Of a stretch of DNA of 64,000 bases, positions 1-13,096 are shown one piece after another. A model generated the notes under the pieces. The model searched no databases and had not been told where the DNA came from. It saw only the letters and a program-made list of their open reading frames with translations. Positions within the stretch are counted from its first letter, which is position 1. Each line of letters begins with the position of its first letter. The stretch lies in assembly GCA_002104905.1 (NCBI GenBank), contig MCFE01000279.1, positions 39,986-103,985 of the forward strand, in the 5' to 3' direction. Made by a program: the position numbers and the translations under genes. The stretch comes from Basidiobolus meristosporus CBS 931.73 (Eukaryota > Fungi > Basidiobolomycota).

Positions 1-1130
1 ACACAGGTAAAAGATCAAGAATTTACAACTTTGAAGGACAAATACTCCAGACCCTAACAAGCAATCCACCCAAGAATATTATGTCAAGCAGAGCACGCAG
101 TACTCAGCACATGTTGCAAATTACAGCTCACTTGATGAAGTACCTAAGGAGTTACAACCAAAAGAGTCCAATTATTATATATACTTGGTCTCTATTGCTA
201 AAATTACTATGGTGACTTTGATTGTGTATAATTTCTGAGCCAGCCAATCAAATCACATGATATCTTTACAGGCACTGCGCCTAAGTTCAATCTGCACTGC
301 TGCAAAATTTTAGCTTCATATCACCTGCATTGCTTGCGCAATTGCCCAAAAACTTTGATTCTTCAGAAATTTCTTATATATGACTTCCCCAGCTGAAAGT
401 TAAAGGGGAGCCTCTCTTTCCAGAATCTCCACACTACGATTACAAGTTTAAAGGTTATAAGACCTCCCCTGCATCACTTGCACTGTTGAGTATTCTGACT
501 TTGATTGGTACTACATCAGTAAAGAGAATGCAAAGCTCACAAGAATCCAATCTAAGTTCTACAATAAACTACCACTTTTCTGTTGGAAAAGTCCCCTCTA
601 AGAAGCCCCTTTACTCTAAAGACACCCCTTTAGAGACCCCTTTAAGAATCCCCTTTACTCTAAAGAAGCCCCTTTAGGCACCCCTTTGGTGTAAAGTCCA
701 CTTCAGAGACCACTACAAGAAGCCCCTATAGTCTAAAGACACCCCTTTGGACACCCCTTTAGGTCTAAAGACCCCTTTAGAGACTTCTACAACACACCCC
801 TCTAGGTTAAAGGGGAGTTCAGAATTTCCATATTAGGAAATATTTTCTCACAAAGGAAAGTGACTTCCAAATATGGAAAAGTTACTATAAAAGTAAATAA
901 GCTCATTAGTTGACAGAAGGTCAGAACATTGCTGTAAAAGTGACAAACACTGCCTATAGTATATTTTGAGCCCAAAATTGAAGATGTTAGTGAAAGTTAT
1001 ATCTTCTATTGGCATATCAAACTCCCAATAAACTATTTCAGTATTAGCATTTTGAAAGTTGTTGTATATTGTTGATTAGCCTCTACATTGTAGAACAGGC
1101 CCCAAACTAATCTTAATACAACACAACACA
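1..1130 (+). repeat. Left arm of a long inverted repeat (runs off the window start)
   Basis: Reverse complement of ~1323-2390, e.g. 1 ACACAGGTAAAAGATCAAGAATTT vs 2366-2389, and 1078-1130 vs 1323-1378. Contains internal ACCCCTTT-type subrepeats. Confidence 0.9.
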
Positions 1131-1140
1131 TCTACAGCTG

Positions 1141-1322
1141 TTGTACAAGGAGTTTGTGGCAGGATTTGAGCAGCTATACTACAAACATAGAGCTGAGAAC
1201 ATAGATCTCTGCTGCTACCGCATCCATTCTCTACTCTGTCATGCACAGCATATGGAGAATATTGGGTCTTGCTTCACCTTTTGGATGTTTCCTATGGAGC
1301 AGATGTGTGGGGAGATAGGAAT
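1141..1322 (+). pseudogene. CACTA/EnSpm-type transposase fragment between the inverted arms
   Basis: IHSLLCHAQHMENIGSCFTFWMFPMEQMCGEI resembles the HxLxH...GP...WMFPxERxxG motif of CACTA/Tnp2-family transposases (recognised from memory). Confidence 0.65.
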
Positions 1323-2600
1323 TGTTGTGTTGTGTAATGATTAGTTTGGGGCTTGTTGTACAATGTAGAGGCTAATCAACAATATACAACAACTTTCAAA
1401 ATGCTAATACTGAAATAGTTTATTGGGAGTTTGATATACCAATAGAAGATATAACTTTCACTAATTTCCTCAATCTGAGGCTCAAAATATACTGTAGGCA
1501 GTGTTTATCACTTCTACAGCAGTGTTCTGACCTTCTGTCAACTAATGGGCTCATTTACTTTTATAGTAACTTTTCCTTACTTGGAAGTCACTTTCCTTTC
1601 TGAGAAAACATTTCCTAATATGGAGATTCTGAACCCCCTTTGACCTAAAAGGGTGTGTTGTAGAAGTATCTAAAGGGGTGTCTAAAGGGGTGTCCTTAGA
1701 GTAAAGGGGCTTCTTGTAATGGTCTCTAAAGTGGACTTTACACTAAAGGGGTGCCTAAAGGGGCTTCTTTAGAGTAAAGGGGTTTCTTAGAGGGGACTTT
1801 TCCAACAGAAAAGTTGTAGTTTCTTGTAGAACTTAGATCAGATTCTTGTGAGCTTTGCAGTCTCTTTACTGATGTAGTACCAATCAAAGTCAGAATACTC
1901 AAAAGTGCAAGTGATGCAGGGGAAGTCTTATAGCCTTGGAACTTGTAATTGTAGTGTGGAGAATCTGGAAAGAGAGGCTCTCTCTTTATTTTTCAGCTGG
2001 GGAAGTCATATATATGAAAACTCTGAAGGATCAAAGTTTTTGGGCAATTGCGCAAGCAGTACACGTGATAAAAAGCTAAAACCTTGCAGTGGTGCAGATT
2101 GGACATAGGCGCAGCACCTGTGAAAATAGCACGTGATATGATTGGCTGGTTCAAAAGTTACATGTGATCAAAGTCACCATAGTAATCCTAGCAATAAGGC
2201 ATAGTAAAGATAATAATTGGACTCTTTTGGTCATAACTCCTTAAGTACTGCTTCAAATGAGCTGTAACCCAAAACATGTGTTGGCTACTACGTGTTCTGT
2301 AAGACATAATATACCTGGGTGGATTGCTTGTCAGGGTTTGGAGCATTTGTCCTTGAAAGTTGGAAATTCTTGATCTTTCACTTGTGTGTTACAATAGCAA
2401 AAAGCAAAATAAAGAAATCAGTGCAATATTGGTTTAGAGATATTGCAGTAATGGAATACTTTCCATTACCACAGAAGACAAGTCAAGTTGCAGGTATTAC
2501 CACGTCCCAATCTCATCGTGAATATTACCGGCAAGTCCATCACAGATGTGATGAGTTGGTGCATGGAGGACAGCCAGGAAGAGTTAGAAGTTACTGGGGA
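1323..2600 (-). repeat. Right arm of the long inverted repeat
   Basis: Reverse-complement match to 1-1130 and to 6070-7288. Outer boundary approximate. Confidence 0.88.
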
Positions 2601-3049
2601 CAAATGTGAACACGGAGACACCTATGCCTATGGCATTAAGAAGCTAAGCAGCCCCAATGTGTGAGTAATCAGTTAAGTAATGCAAAGTTAGGTTGGGTGC
2701 AACAAGCAACTAATATCTATTATGAAAACTCTACCAAGGTATGCCAGATTTCTCATGGTCACAAGCCAACTTCTACACCATTCAATATGGAATTCACACA
2801 AACAAGAGCCAGAGCACACCTATATGGGGGACTAGAATCCAGCAGGGAGAAGGAATATATTGGCTAAATAACAAGAAGTTCTTTGCAGATATTCAGGAGG
2901 TATTCATGGCAGAAGTGGCAACAACCAAGCATATATTTGCAAGATGTATATGATACCAGCAGTATAAGGTATATGACAGCTCTGCAAGTATCACACTAAA
3001 AAGCCATAAAGTTGAGGTGATAGAAGTATGTCAATTGCAGCAGGTATGC

Positions 3050-3600
3050 ACATTTGTAGAGGTTAGTAAGCACAAGGCCATATTTGTTTTTGATTCAAGC
3101 TATGTGCGGAGTAACCAGAGTAGTAGTGTATAAACAAATAAAGAGGGTGGTTCTACAGTGAAATATATGAATTGCACCAGGGGAGGTAGAAAAAGGAAAT
3201 ACCGTTTGGTAAATTGTTACAGTAGCATTATACAGTACCAGCTGTAGGCTGCCATGCTGCCAATATAATGCCATCAGAGTCTTGTTGTGGGGCTGTTAAA
3301 ATACTGTCAAGTTTCTTGCCATATAAAGCAATTAGATGTCCTGGCTGGCTGGGTCCATTTAAAATAGTTACAGAGCACAATAAGACCACAACAATAACAT
3401 GTAATTAATGTCACAGCACTAATCAAGTCTTAACAAGTTTTATCACTTTATTTGGTAGTAAAATTAGCAAAACACCATTGTGATACTGTCATAAGATTGT
3501 CAAGAGGGTCACTAATTCCAAGCTGCTGGTATCATGATGGTCTCTTAATGGGATCTTAACAGCTGATCTGGATTGAATCCACCTGCAGGACCAAATTATT
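3050..3600 (+). repeat. Unclassified ~550-bp interspersed repeat, copy 1
   Basis: Diverged direct repeat of ~8560-9110; shared blocks include AAATAAAGAGGG, GTAGAAAAAGGAAATACC and GCAGGACCAAATTA. Confidence 0.75.
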
Positions 3601-3619
3601 TTTTATCAGGAATACAGTT

Positions 3620-4196
3620 GTGGCATCACATACATATGTATATGTAACACTATATCCCCTTTGGCTTGACTCACTTCCATGTATATGCTGCCAAAAAATA
3701 AAGCTAAGCTTTCTGGTTCCCAACCAAACCCCACTGCTGACAGCAGCAGAAGAACAATTGGACAACAGCTTGCTTTGGTACTCAGTGCAACAACCGGGGC
3801 CACAACCAAAAAAGGCCCTATCAACAGAGCACCTACTGAAGGAGATAATGCAGACACCTCAGGCTCTCAGTCAAGTAGGCAATTTGGAATCTCTGCATAG
3901 CCACTAGCTGACCATAATGCTAAGGCAGATGAGAGAGTAGCAACAGCAGCACCTTCAGTTAAAGACCTACAAGTGGCCATTATAACATCACCACAACCTG
4001 TATTAGCAAGTATGTTGTCAGCTCATACAAAAGCATTAATGAGGCAATTAGGTGCAGTTGCTGATAGGATAGATTCAATGGCCCAAAGAAATCAGGAAAT
4101 AGCCAAGAAACAGGATGAGCAGATAAAAGGTGTAGAGCAATCAATATCCCAGGTAGAGAAAGCAGTATCATTGCTGCAAAGAAGGAACTCAAGCGG
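3620..4196 (+). mobile_element. Degenerate gag-like/coiled-coil remnant
   Basis: Broken ORFs with low-complexity and coiled-coil character (LGAVADRIDSMAQRNQEIAKKQDEQIKGVEQSISQVEKAV) next to LTR-like DNA; CpG-poor. Confidence 0.3.
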
Positions 4197-4721
4197 TGTG
4201 GTAGGGTAAACATACCTCCCACAGACAAGTTTATTCATATAGTCATTATGATATACTTATCCATATTTTATCTTATCAGTATTATCCCATTCTTCTTTTG
4301 CGCATATTATCAGTATTATCCCCATATGATGTTTACCCTGATTAGTTATTAGCATTAGTTATCCCAGATGTTATTCAGCTTTGTGATCAGTAGATGTATC
4401 TATATAAGGCAAGTACCCGCGTCAGCACCTGTGACACATGACCTAAGTCTGTGTTACCATCCCTACCATTTCAATACCATATATGGTATTTCTATGTTGC
4501 ACAGGTTTCAGACTACTGATTCCTGATTGGTTGGATGTGCTGTGCCCTTTAGAACCTTCCAGGACATTCTTGGCATATTTTAGGTCATTGTGATGTCATC
4601 AAGAATTCCACTGATACCTAGAATCTTCTAGAACCTTGTCATTAGTAATCACTTGGCAATCAGGAAAAGTATTTAAGGGAAAGCAATCCCTCATCAATAA
4701 ATCATCCCTTCTATCAGTAAC
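4197..4721. mobile_element. Two abutting LTR-like segments
   Basis: TGTGGTAGGG at 4197 has the inverted partner CCCTACCA near 4461, with AATAAA near the minus-strand end. The second segment has TATTTAA and AATAAA and ends TCAGTAACA at 4721. No TSD found. Confidence 0.4.
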
Positions 4722-5990
4722 ACTTCTACCTAATTGATTAGCAGTTGATCACTGCACCTGCCTTCAGCAGTACATCTCAGACCTGCCATCAAGGAGCTTT
4801 TCAGGGTAGTGCACAAGACACACAGAGGCCTTTGGAGACACTTGGAGCACCTAGGAAGCTAGAGAAGCAGGAGCTTTTACCATAGTGACATATTGACAAA
4901 GACACCAGCAGTTTAGACACAGAGGTTATTGCACCCATCAGACACCTCACACACCTTGAGTTGTGTAGCTTCTCCCAGGAGTACCTCTACACCACCATAG
5001 CGGTTCAATGTTACAGCCAAGAATTGAGCCATTTTCCAATGCAACAGCAGAGGAACACCATACAGTCTTTGAAGCACAATAACAGTGCCCAAAGATAAAG
5101 CCCACAAAAAAATCTATCACAGCATGGGAGGGAAAAGATGTAGTGTTTATAACAAAGCCTAAAAATCAAAAGATATTGAAGATCCATGAAGCTGTGCAGT
5201 GCAATGATGAAGAGTGGGCTAATATTCAAGAGGCCGTCACAAGTCAGGTACACCAATGCCTTAAGGCCTGCATACCATGTGACCAACAGGAACTCAAGGC
5301 AAAGCAGAATAAACTGACTTGCTCCATGAGCATTATCCTGGATTTGAACAAGCAAACAGATTTTGGGCCAGCATTAGTAAACTAAGAACATATCTCAAAA
5401 ATAGCAGAAACAATGGCAGAAGAACAAGGGAGCAAAGGCTAAAAACTAGTGGCATCCTTGCAAGTCCATGACAAGCAGGGCTGAAAGCTCCAAATAAGCA
5501 ACAAAGAGGCATCAGGTAGCTGAAAGAGTGCCAATAAGGGAAAAACAGGCAGGCACAGATGCACTAGAACCACATTTACCAAGGAAAAAGCATAGTTCTA
5601 CTCAAGTAGGACTCAGTCAAAGTAACAGTGAAGGACCTGGCAGTGATATAAACTTGCAGCTACCTCAGGAGACTTTCACAGCATAGGCTGAGAACTTGAA
5701 GCAAGCAGGAAAGAAGTGTCAGGTTGCCTGCAGAGTGCCAGCAAGGGACAAGCAGGCCAAGACAGATGCATCAGAGCAGCATTTATCAAGGAGAAAACAT
5801 AGTTCTATACAAGAAGCATGCAGACAAAGTTGCAGTGAAAGACCTGGCAGTGATAAAGAAAAAGGTAAAGGGGAAAAAGTGTACCCAAGCCAGAGACAGG
5901 AATGCATGTGAAAAAGCAGCAGTTCTTGCCAATTAACGCCGTAAGCCTGGAATAGACTGAATCCTATCATAGCCAAGATGAATTACCAAC
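4722..5990 (+). mobile_element. Degenerate retroelement leader/gag-like region with internal duplication
   Basis: Purine-rich broken ORFs after the LTR-like segment; ~5525-5650 is duplicated at ~5730-5855 (AAGCATAGTTCTA/AAACATAGTTCTA, GACCTGGCAGTGATA). Confidence 0.35.
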
Positions 5991-6069
5991 AAGAATACAG
6001 CTATTTTCACAAGAGTTGAAAGCACCGCCAGTTGAGCTACACTCCAGTGAGGTAGATGAGTTTGCAGAA

Positions 6070-7288
6070 AAATGCAATTTGTCTACCACAGCCTCCATGT
6101 CCTCCATTATTAACAGAGTGGTGATCTGTGGTAATGGAAGGTACTCCATTGCTACATATCTCAAAACCAATATTTCTCTCATTTCTTTATTTTGCTTTTT
6201 GCTATTGTAACACACAAGTAAAAGATCAAGAATTTCCAACTTTGTAGGACAAATGCTCCAGAACCTGACAGGAAATCCACCCAAGAATATTATGTCATGC
6301 AGAATACTCAGAAGTTAACACATGTTTCAAATTACAGCTCATCTGAAGCTGTACTTAAGCAGTTATGATCAAAAGAGTGCAATTATCATATATACCAGGC
6401 CTCTATTGCTAGAATTACTATGGTGACTTCAATCACATGTGACTTTTGAGCCAGCCAATCATGTCATGTGATATTTATGCAGGTCCTTTGCCCATGTCTG
6501 ATCAGTGCCACTGCAAAATCTTAGCTTTGTATCACAAGTATTGCGTGTGCAATTGACCAAAAACCTTGATCCTTCAGAAATTTCATATATGTGACTTCCC
6601 CAGCTGAACAATAAAGGAGAGCCTCTCTTTCCAGAATCTTCACCCTAAAATTACAAGCTTAAAGGTTATAAGACCTCCCCTGCATCACTTGCACTGTTGA
6701 GTATTCTGACTTTGATTGGCACTACATCAGTAAAGTGACTGCAAAGCTCACAAGAACTCCAATCTAAATTCTACAAGAAAACTACCACTTTTTTGATGGA
6801 AAAGTACCCTCTAAGAAGCCCCCTTACTCTAAAGACACCCCTTTAGACACCCCTTTAGTCTAACAACCCCTTTAAGAAACCCCTTTACTCTAAAGAAGCC
6901 CCTGTAGGCACCCCTTTTGTGTAGAGTCCACATTAGAAACCACTACACCACACCCTTTTGTGTTAAAGGGGAGATCAAAATTTCTATATTAGGAGATATT
7001 TTCTCAGATAGAAAAGGGATTCCCAAATTAGGAAAAGTCACTATAAAAGTAAATAAGCCCAATAGTCATCAGAAGGTCAGAACACTGCTGTAGAAGTGAG
7101 AAGCACTGCCTATTGTATATTTTGAGCCCAAGATTGAGGATATTAGTGAAAGTTATATCTTCTAGTGGTATATCAAGCTCCCAATGACTATTTCAGTATT
7201 AGCATACTAGAAGTTGTTGTATATTGTTGATTAGCCCCTATATTACAGAACAAGCCCTGAACTAATCATGATACAACACAACAGATTT
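6070..7288 (+). repeat. Third copy of the ~1.2-kb inverted-repeat arm
   Basis: Direct match to 1-1130 (6212 ACACAAGTAAAAGATCAAGAATTT; ends ACAACACAACA) and inverted match to 1323-2600. Confidence 0.88.
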
Positions 7289-7721
7289 CACTGACAGGCA
7301 AAGTAACAATGTCAAGAACTCATAAGGTTATTACAATGCATTTGGTGAAATTTTGGAACATTAATAGGCACACCAAGAGGTTGCAGCATTTCTTCAAAAG
7401 CAGTGCTCAAGAAAAAACATTTGAATATTGCAAGGACTTATTGCAAAGACTGGCAGATGAGAAGCTAGACCTTGCAGTGCCAGCTGAAGACCAGGACATA
7501 TGGGAACCAGTGAATCAACAATGACATAAATCCATAGGGTTCCTGCCAAAGTTGTGGAAACAGAGCATTGCAGCAGAAATACTTGTTAAGTAGTGGATTT
7601 TAATGTAGTTACTTGTTGGATGTGGGGTTGAGCTTAATGTTAGTGTAGGGAATAGGGACTTTTATAGGTCTATACAGTTGGCAATTGAGGTACAACTGAA
7701 GTATCCATGGAAGTAATTCAA

Positions 7722-8180
7722 TAGACTTGTTCTGTTTATAGTTCCACATTGAGCCATGAGTGCCAAATGATGCCATGGTGTGCCAGGAAGGCCAAGTGAG
7801 CCTATACTTGGCCACAGTGTGTGAAACATAGCTCTGCATCTTCATGCAAAGCAGCCCCTGTGTTTCACTCATTATGCTGGAGAAAATTCATTACTAGACC
7901 TTTTTTTGGGACCAAGATAGTGCCATTCATTTTTGTGACATGATACAAGCAACAGGAGCTAGATTCAGAGTGCCATGGGCATTGAGCACCAGATTCATGT
8001 CTTCAGTCCTTCTGTGCTCCAACACAATGGGTGAAACACAGGGCTGCTTTGTATGAAGATGCAGAGCTATGTTTCACACACTATGGCCAAGTATAGGCTC
8101 ACTTGGCCTCCCTGGCACACTAGGGCATCATTTGGTACTCTTGGCTCATTGTGGCACCATCCAACAGAACAAGTCTAATT
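7722..8180. mobile_element. MITE-like non-coding foldback (~150-bp arms)
   Basis: GAGCCTATACTTGGCCACAGTGTGTGAAACATAGCTCTGCATCTTCATGCAAAGCAGCCC (~7797-7857) is nearly perfectly inverted at ~8040-8100; the arms extend to the AGACTTGTTCTGTT/AACAGAACAAGTCT pair. Confidence 0.7.
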
Positions 8181-8559
8181 AGTATGCAAATAAAAATAAG
8201 AGCAACAGTTGAATCAGGGAGTGAAAAGTGTGAAAAAGAGGCAATAGCCAACCAATGTACACAAACGTAGGAGGTGATAGAATGTCCAGGATCAGAAAGT
8301 GAGAAAATTGGGAGAGAACCAATCAAAAGACACTTTTGCATTGTTGTGATGAAAAATTTCGATTAAGTTTTTTGACATCTGGGGTGCAATTATTTTTTTG
8401 GCAGTCTTTGCACAGTGTCCTGATGGAATCAATACCTCTTAGTCACAGGACTTAAGTTTTTGATGACCTTTTGATGGGATCATCACAATAATAATTTGTA
8501 GAGACTATAAAGCTCTAAAGTTGTGTAACAGAGGTATGTTTATTGTAGTGTGTGTATGT

Positions 8560-9110
8560 ATGCAGAGGTTGGTAAGCAGGAGGCCATAGTTTGTTTTTGG
8601 TTCAAACTATATGCGGAATACCCAAGGTAGTAGTGGGTCAATAAATAAAGAGGGGTAATTCTACAGTGCAATATATGAACTGTGCAATGTGAAGTAGAAA
8701 AAGGAAATACCATTTTGTAAATTGGTATGGTAGCATCAAACAGAATTAGCTGTAGGCCCCCATACTGCCTTAATGATGCCATCAGAGGCTTACAATGAGG
8801 CAGTCAAAATGCCATCAAATTTTTTGCTATAAAAGGCAATTGGAAGTACTGGCTGTTTTGAATTCACTCAAATAGCTGTAGAGTGCACTTAGACTGCAAC
8901 AATGACATGCCACCCTTGGCAAAACACCGGTTAAGCACTGCTATGTTTTTTAACTTTATTTAGCAGTGAAATTAGCCAAAGGCCATTGTGATCCCAATGT
9001 AAGATTGTGTTGAGGGTCATTAATTCAAAGTTGCTTGTATTGTAATGGTCTCCTGACAGAATTTTGACAGCTGATCCACATCTGATCCACTTGCAGGACC
9101 AAATTACTTC
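8560..9110 (+). repeat. Unclassified ~550-bp interspersed repeat, copy 2
   Basis: Diverged direct repeat of 3050-3600. Confidence 0.75.
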
Positions 9111-9552
9111 TCATAGGGAAGATGGAGCCTGTCTGGTGTGATACCTCTCTTATTTAAGTACCAGACAAGTGGAAAAACATTGGATTTATTTGTTATGCAT
9201 GTATCAGTCTAAAGAGCAAGCAACAGCCAATAAGGGGAGGTTCCTACTGCTCTTGCTTGGGATATGCTCAAGTTCAGTAGCTACTATACAACTACTCAAG
9301 ATCCATATGATAATAACTACTTCAATCAATATGCTTAGAGAAGTCCAGTAAAATACCAGCATTATGCTAGTCAAGTTTAAATTTCCCAAGCTGACAGATC
9401 TTAACAACTCAGGCACTAGGTGATTGGCAGGCAAGCAGACAAGATATCCATGAGGAGATTAGGTCTGCTGGCATTCATAAAGATTAGGAAACTAGTGGCT
9501 CACTACTTCCACCTAAAATAGCAACAAGAAATTTGAAGGCAATATAAAGGTT

Positions 9553-9875
9553 TGTATTGAACCTAAATATTCACTGGTCAATAAGATCATTGCCTACTAA
9601 TCTCAGAGAGCTCAAATTACCTTTTTTTTGGGACATACTTGGAACATTCTCACCAAGTCAGGTACCAAGAACATGAAATTTCTTGGAGTTGTCCAAACAG
9701 CCACAAGCTTCACATGTGTGATCCTTGTACATCACTGAATGTATTCTACAGTTTTATTTTGGTAAAGACCATGGCAATGTATAAGTACCACTTTTGCATT
9801 CAATGAGCTGCTTAGTAAAACCACATAGTCTACTGTTCTCACAATCACTTTGGATATCTGCAAAGCTAAGGAAAA
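9553..9875 (+). mobile_element. Diverged solo LTR of the copia family at 15720-20325
   Basis: Shares ACCTAAATATTCAC, AGAACATGAAATTTCTT, GTCCAAACAGCC and AAAACCACATA blocks with the copia LTRs. Confidence 0.7.
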
Positions 9876-10199
9876 GCTTTAGTGGAATGCAAATATTATA
9901 CAATTAAAACAATAGCTGAACTAACTTGTGTTGCATTGTGCCATATCAGGCCATGAGTACCAGTGAAATGTAGCCAACCTATACTTAGGCACAGATAGTG
10001 AAATACCAAGGCTACTTTGCATGCATTACATTGCTGAATATCAAGCTGTCTGCCCCATGAGTAAGCTAACCATAATAAAGCACCAGAAGAAAAAAGAAAA
10101 AAGGCTATGTGGTTATTGTATAAGATAGTACTCCTCAGAGTATTGCAACAGGTTATGACACCCAAGCTTGCTGTCCTCTTGGTGTCTACTTTGCCTTGG

Positions 10200-12740
10200 A
10201 TCTTCTTCTACCAGGCTAGAGAAAGACCTTCTGCACTATTGCTCTGCTAAAGTTAAAGATTATTACCTCAGCTAAAAGTACAATGCTCATGAGAATATTG
10301 CTGTGAAGAAGAAAGCCTTGGCTTCAATAGACTCATTCAGTAACTACTCAAGCTAATTATGAAGGAGAGTCTATCATGCTGACATGTAAATATGCCACAA
10401 AATATAGTATGTTGGTGCTATACCACTTTGAAGACAATTGCATAATTTCAGAAATTAGGAGTCCAGATCTGCAGTGAATATTTTGCTATATGTATTCTTA
10501 TGAGCTCAATTGGCTTTTAGGCAAGCTTTTAGATAGGATATTATCCTGAATTGCCAAAAGAAATGGATTATAATGGAATGATTGCTGGAGGAAGATTTTA
10601 CCAAATATGTTCTGCTCAAAATAAGGCTGAGAATTCAAATACTGGAGCTATCAGCCTCCATTTTGAGCTACCTATTAGTGGTAGAAGATCTCAGAAACAA
10701 GCTCCCTGAATTGTAAGAATCCTAGTGAAGTATAATACATATATATCCACCCAGAGTACAGATATGTGCTACACAATCCAATGGAAGAAAGCTATATTTG
10801 TATCAAGTGTTTTAATACTGAAAGCAGTGTACCAGGACCCAAATATAGAGCTTTTAGATGTGCTGGCACTCTGCTTAAGTCTCACAACAGTGGGAGAAAG
10901 TATTGTACAAATTTACCAAAATCAACTCATGAATGTTCTACCACCAGCCAGAGAGAGTGAAGCAAATGATTGCAAGCCTGATTGGAGTATACAATCAAGC
11001 CACAGATGGCCAGTATACAACTACAACCCATTCAGAAGATAACATAGTACTTTATACTTGCTATACATATATTGCTCATTACCAGGGGAGAAATTACTTG
11101 GTGATGTTTGATTCTCTGGATCAGATCAGAAGAGTTGTGATTGATCAAGTCTCTGCCAAGCTTTGCAACTCAAGAAACCAATTTATTGGGGATTTATACC
11201 AAAGTACTGATGAAACTAGCTTTCAAATGTTGTCTATTTGATTGAATTTGGTCAACTCTGTCAAAAGTTAAGATTGAACCAAGTGGATGATGATTTTGAT
11301 TATATGACTCTCAAATAGTCATATATTCTGGACCAGTGATATCACAAGGACCTTTATGCTAGAACACACCATGGTACTGCCTGTAAGGAAGTCCAGACCC
11401 ATCCCACATGAGAAATTTCCCTTGGATCATCAGCAGAAAAAGAAGAAAAATGGGAAAGTACTACTACTTCAAGTTAGGGTACTTCCTAAATGGAGCTAAT
11501 ACCTATGTAGGCTATATTTGGACTATCTAGCAATGCATATATGCTCCATGGAGCCCCTTGTACAACGTTCTTATGGCAGAAACCCCACAAGAGCCTTGAA
11601 ATCTGATCAGAATCTATGAGATATTGTGGTATATATTGGAGCAGATTATTTAAAGCAGCAGTTTGATGTCTGCTGTCTATGGAGCTGAAATAAAACTGTG
11701 TAAGTATCAGCTAAATGGCTTTTATGAACTCTAAAGATACTGAGAAGCTTGGTTGGCCTTGCAAACCAAGCTCAAAGATGGAAATAACCATCAGGAGAAT
11801 AAGGATAATCAAAGCCCTTGTCAAGGAGAATCTTGCTTCTAGAAAAGCACCAATATCTACTCTATTTGTGTATTCTGATAAGACAAAAGCAGCTGTATCA
11901 GTCCAAGTCAGTAGAAGAGCTTTAAAAGTAGCTACCAAAACAACCTATGGTACATTCTGATACCAATCTAGGTAAAACAAGAAGCAGATGGACCTTGAAT
12001 CTGCTATAAATGAAGTAATCAGTCCAAAGAAAGTTACTGCTACCTAAGGAAGTCATAGATGACCACTTTATATGATTTTTTGTGGAACTGAATCACTAAA
12101 CACACGTGGTTCAAGTGGGAGTAGGCCATCACAGCGCAGAGTAGAGCAAAAACCTTTTTTTGGCCATGTGGTATGTCCCACAGTGCCAGGGAATGATGAT
12201 AATACAGATCTGGCGTAAATGACAAAACCTCAACTTGGCCCAGTATAGGTCATTTATTTTACTTCATATAGAGTCTATATGATGGAAGTAACTGTCCCTG
12301 AGCCTAATATGAGCATACAGTGGAGTTATCTAAATGAATTAGACTTTTGCCTGGAAATAGGGAAACTCCAGATCTGCAGTAAATGATAAATCCTTAACTT
12401 GAACAAAAGTGGATCAATTTTGCTGAAATAAGAAGCATTGAATAGCCCAGCAACTATTCATCATTATCACAATCTGACAATTAGACCTAGCTCATCACTG
12501 AAGCCCTTTCAACTGATCAAAGATGATGATTAGTATTTTGATCAGATCATTTTGATTGTTAGCCCAAATTGAGTAGAAGTGCTTGTTAAGTTGCAAGTTA
12601 CTTGTTCAATTAAGTTGAACACAAATGCATATACTGTTGGATATTATATTAGTCAAGTATGCATCACATTTAATTTCTTGTATGCTTATTACTGATTGCA
12701 CACTCTCAATAGGTATTTATTACTTATGGATATTATGTTG
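10200..12740 (+). mobile_element. Highly degenerate LTR-retrotransposon-like remnant
   Basis: CpG-poor, with fragments weakly recalling an integrase (YLVMFDS; YGRNP at ~11570); precedes an LTR with a purine-rich upstream tract. Family not determined. Confidence 0.3.
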
Positions 12741-12748
12741 GTTAGGAG

Positions 12749-13096
12749 TGTGATGATTATTAAGTTGTCACCTAAATATTCATGCTAACTTAGTCATATG
12801 GATCTTATTTTTTGATTAGCATTCTGTCCAGACCAATTTTGTATTGGGATTTACTTGGAATATTTTCACCAAATTATCAGGTATCCATATTATGATCTTT
12901 CTCAAAGTTGCACAAAAGCCCCCAAACTTTGTACACATATTCTTGGAACCTTCCTTAATAGACTCTACATGTTTTTTTGCTCTACTGCATCAAAAGTATA
13001 AATACCATACTTTTGATCAATAAATCTACAAGTGAGTAACATGTAAATCCTCTAGTTCTCAACATCACTTCTAATACTCCACAGAATATTCTAACA
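12749..13096 (+). mobile_element. Diverged copia-family LTR
   Basis: TG...TAACA termini; shares CACCTAAATATT, TTGGGATTTACTT, CCCCAAACTTTG and AAAAGTATAAATAC with the 15720 LTR; preceded by GGTTAGGAG. Confidence 0.7.
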
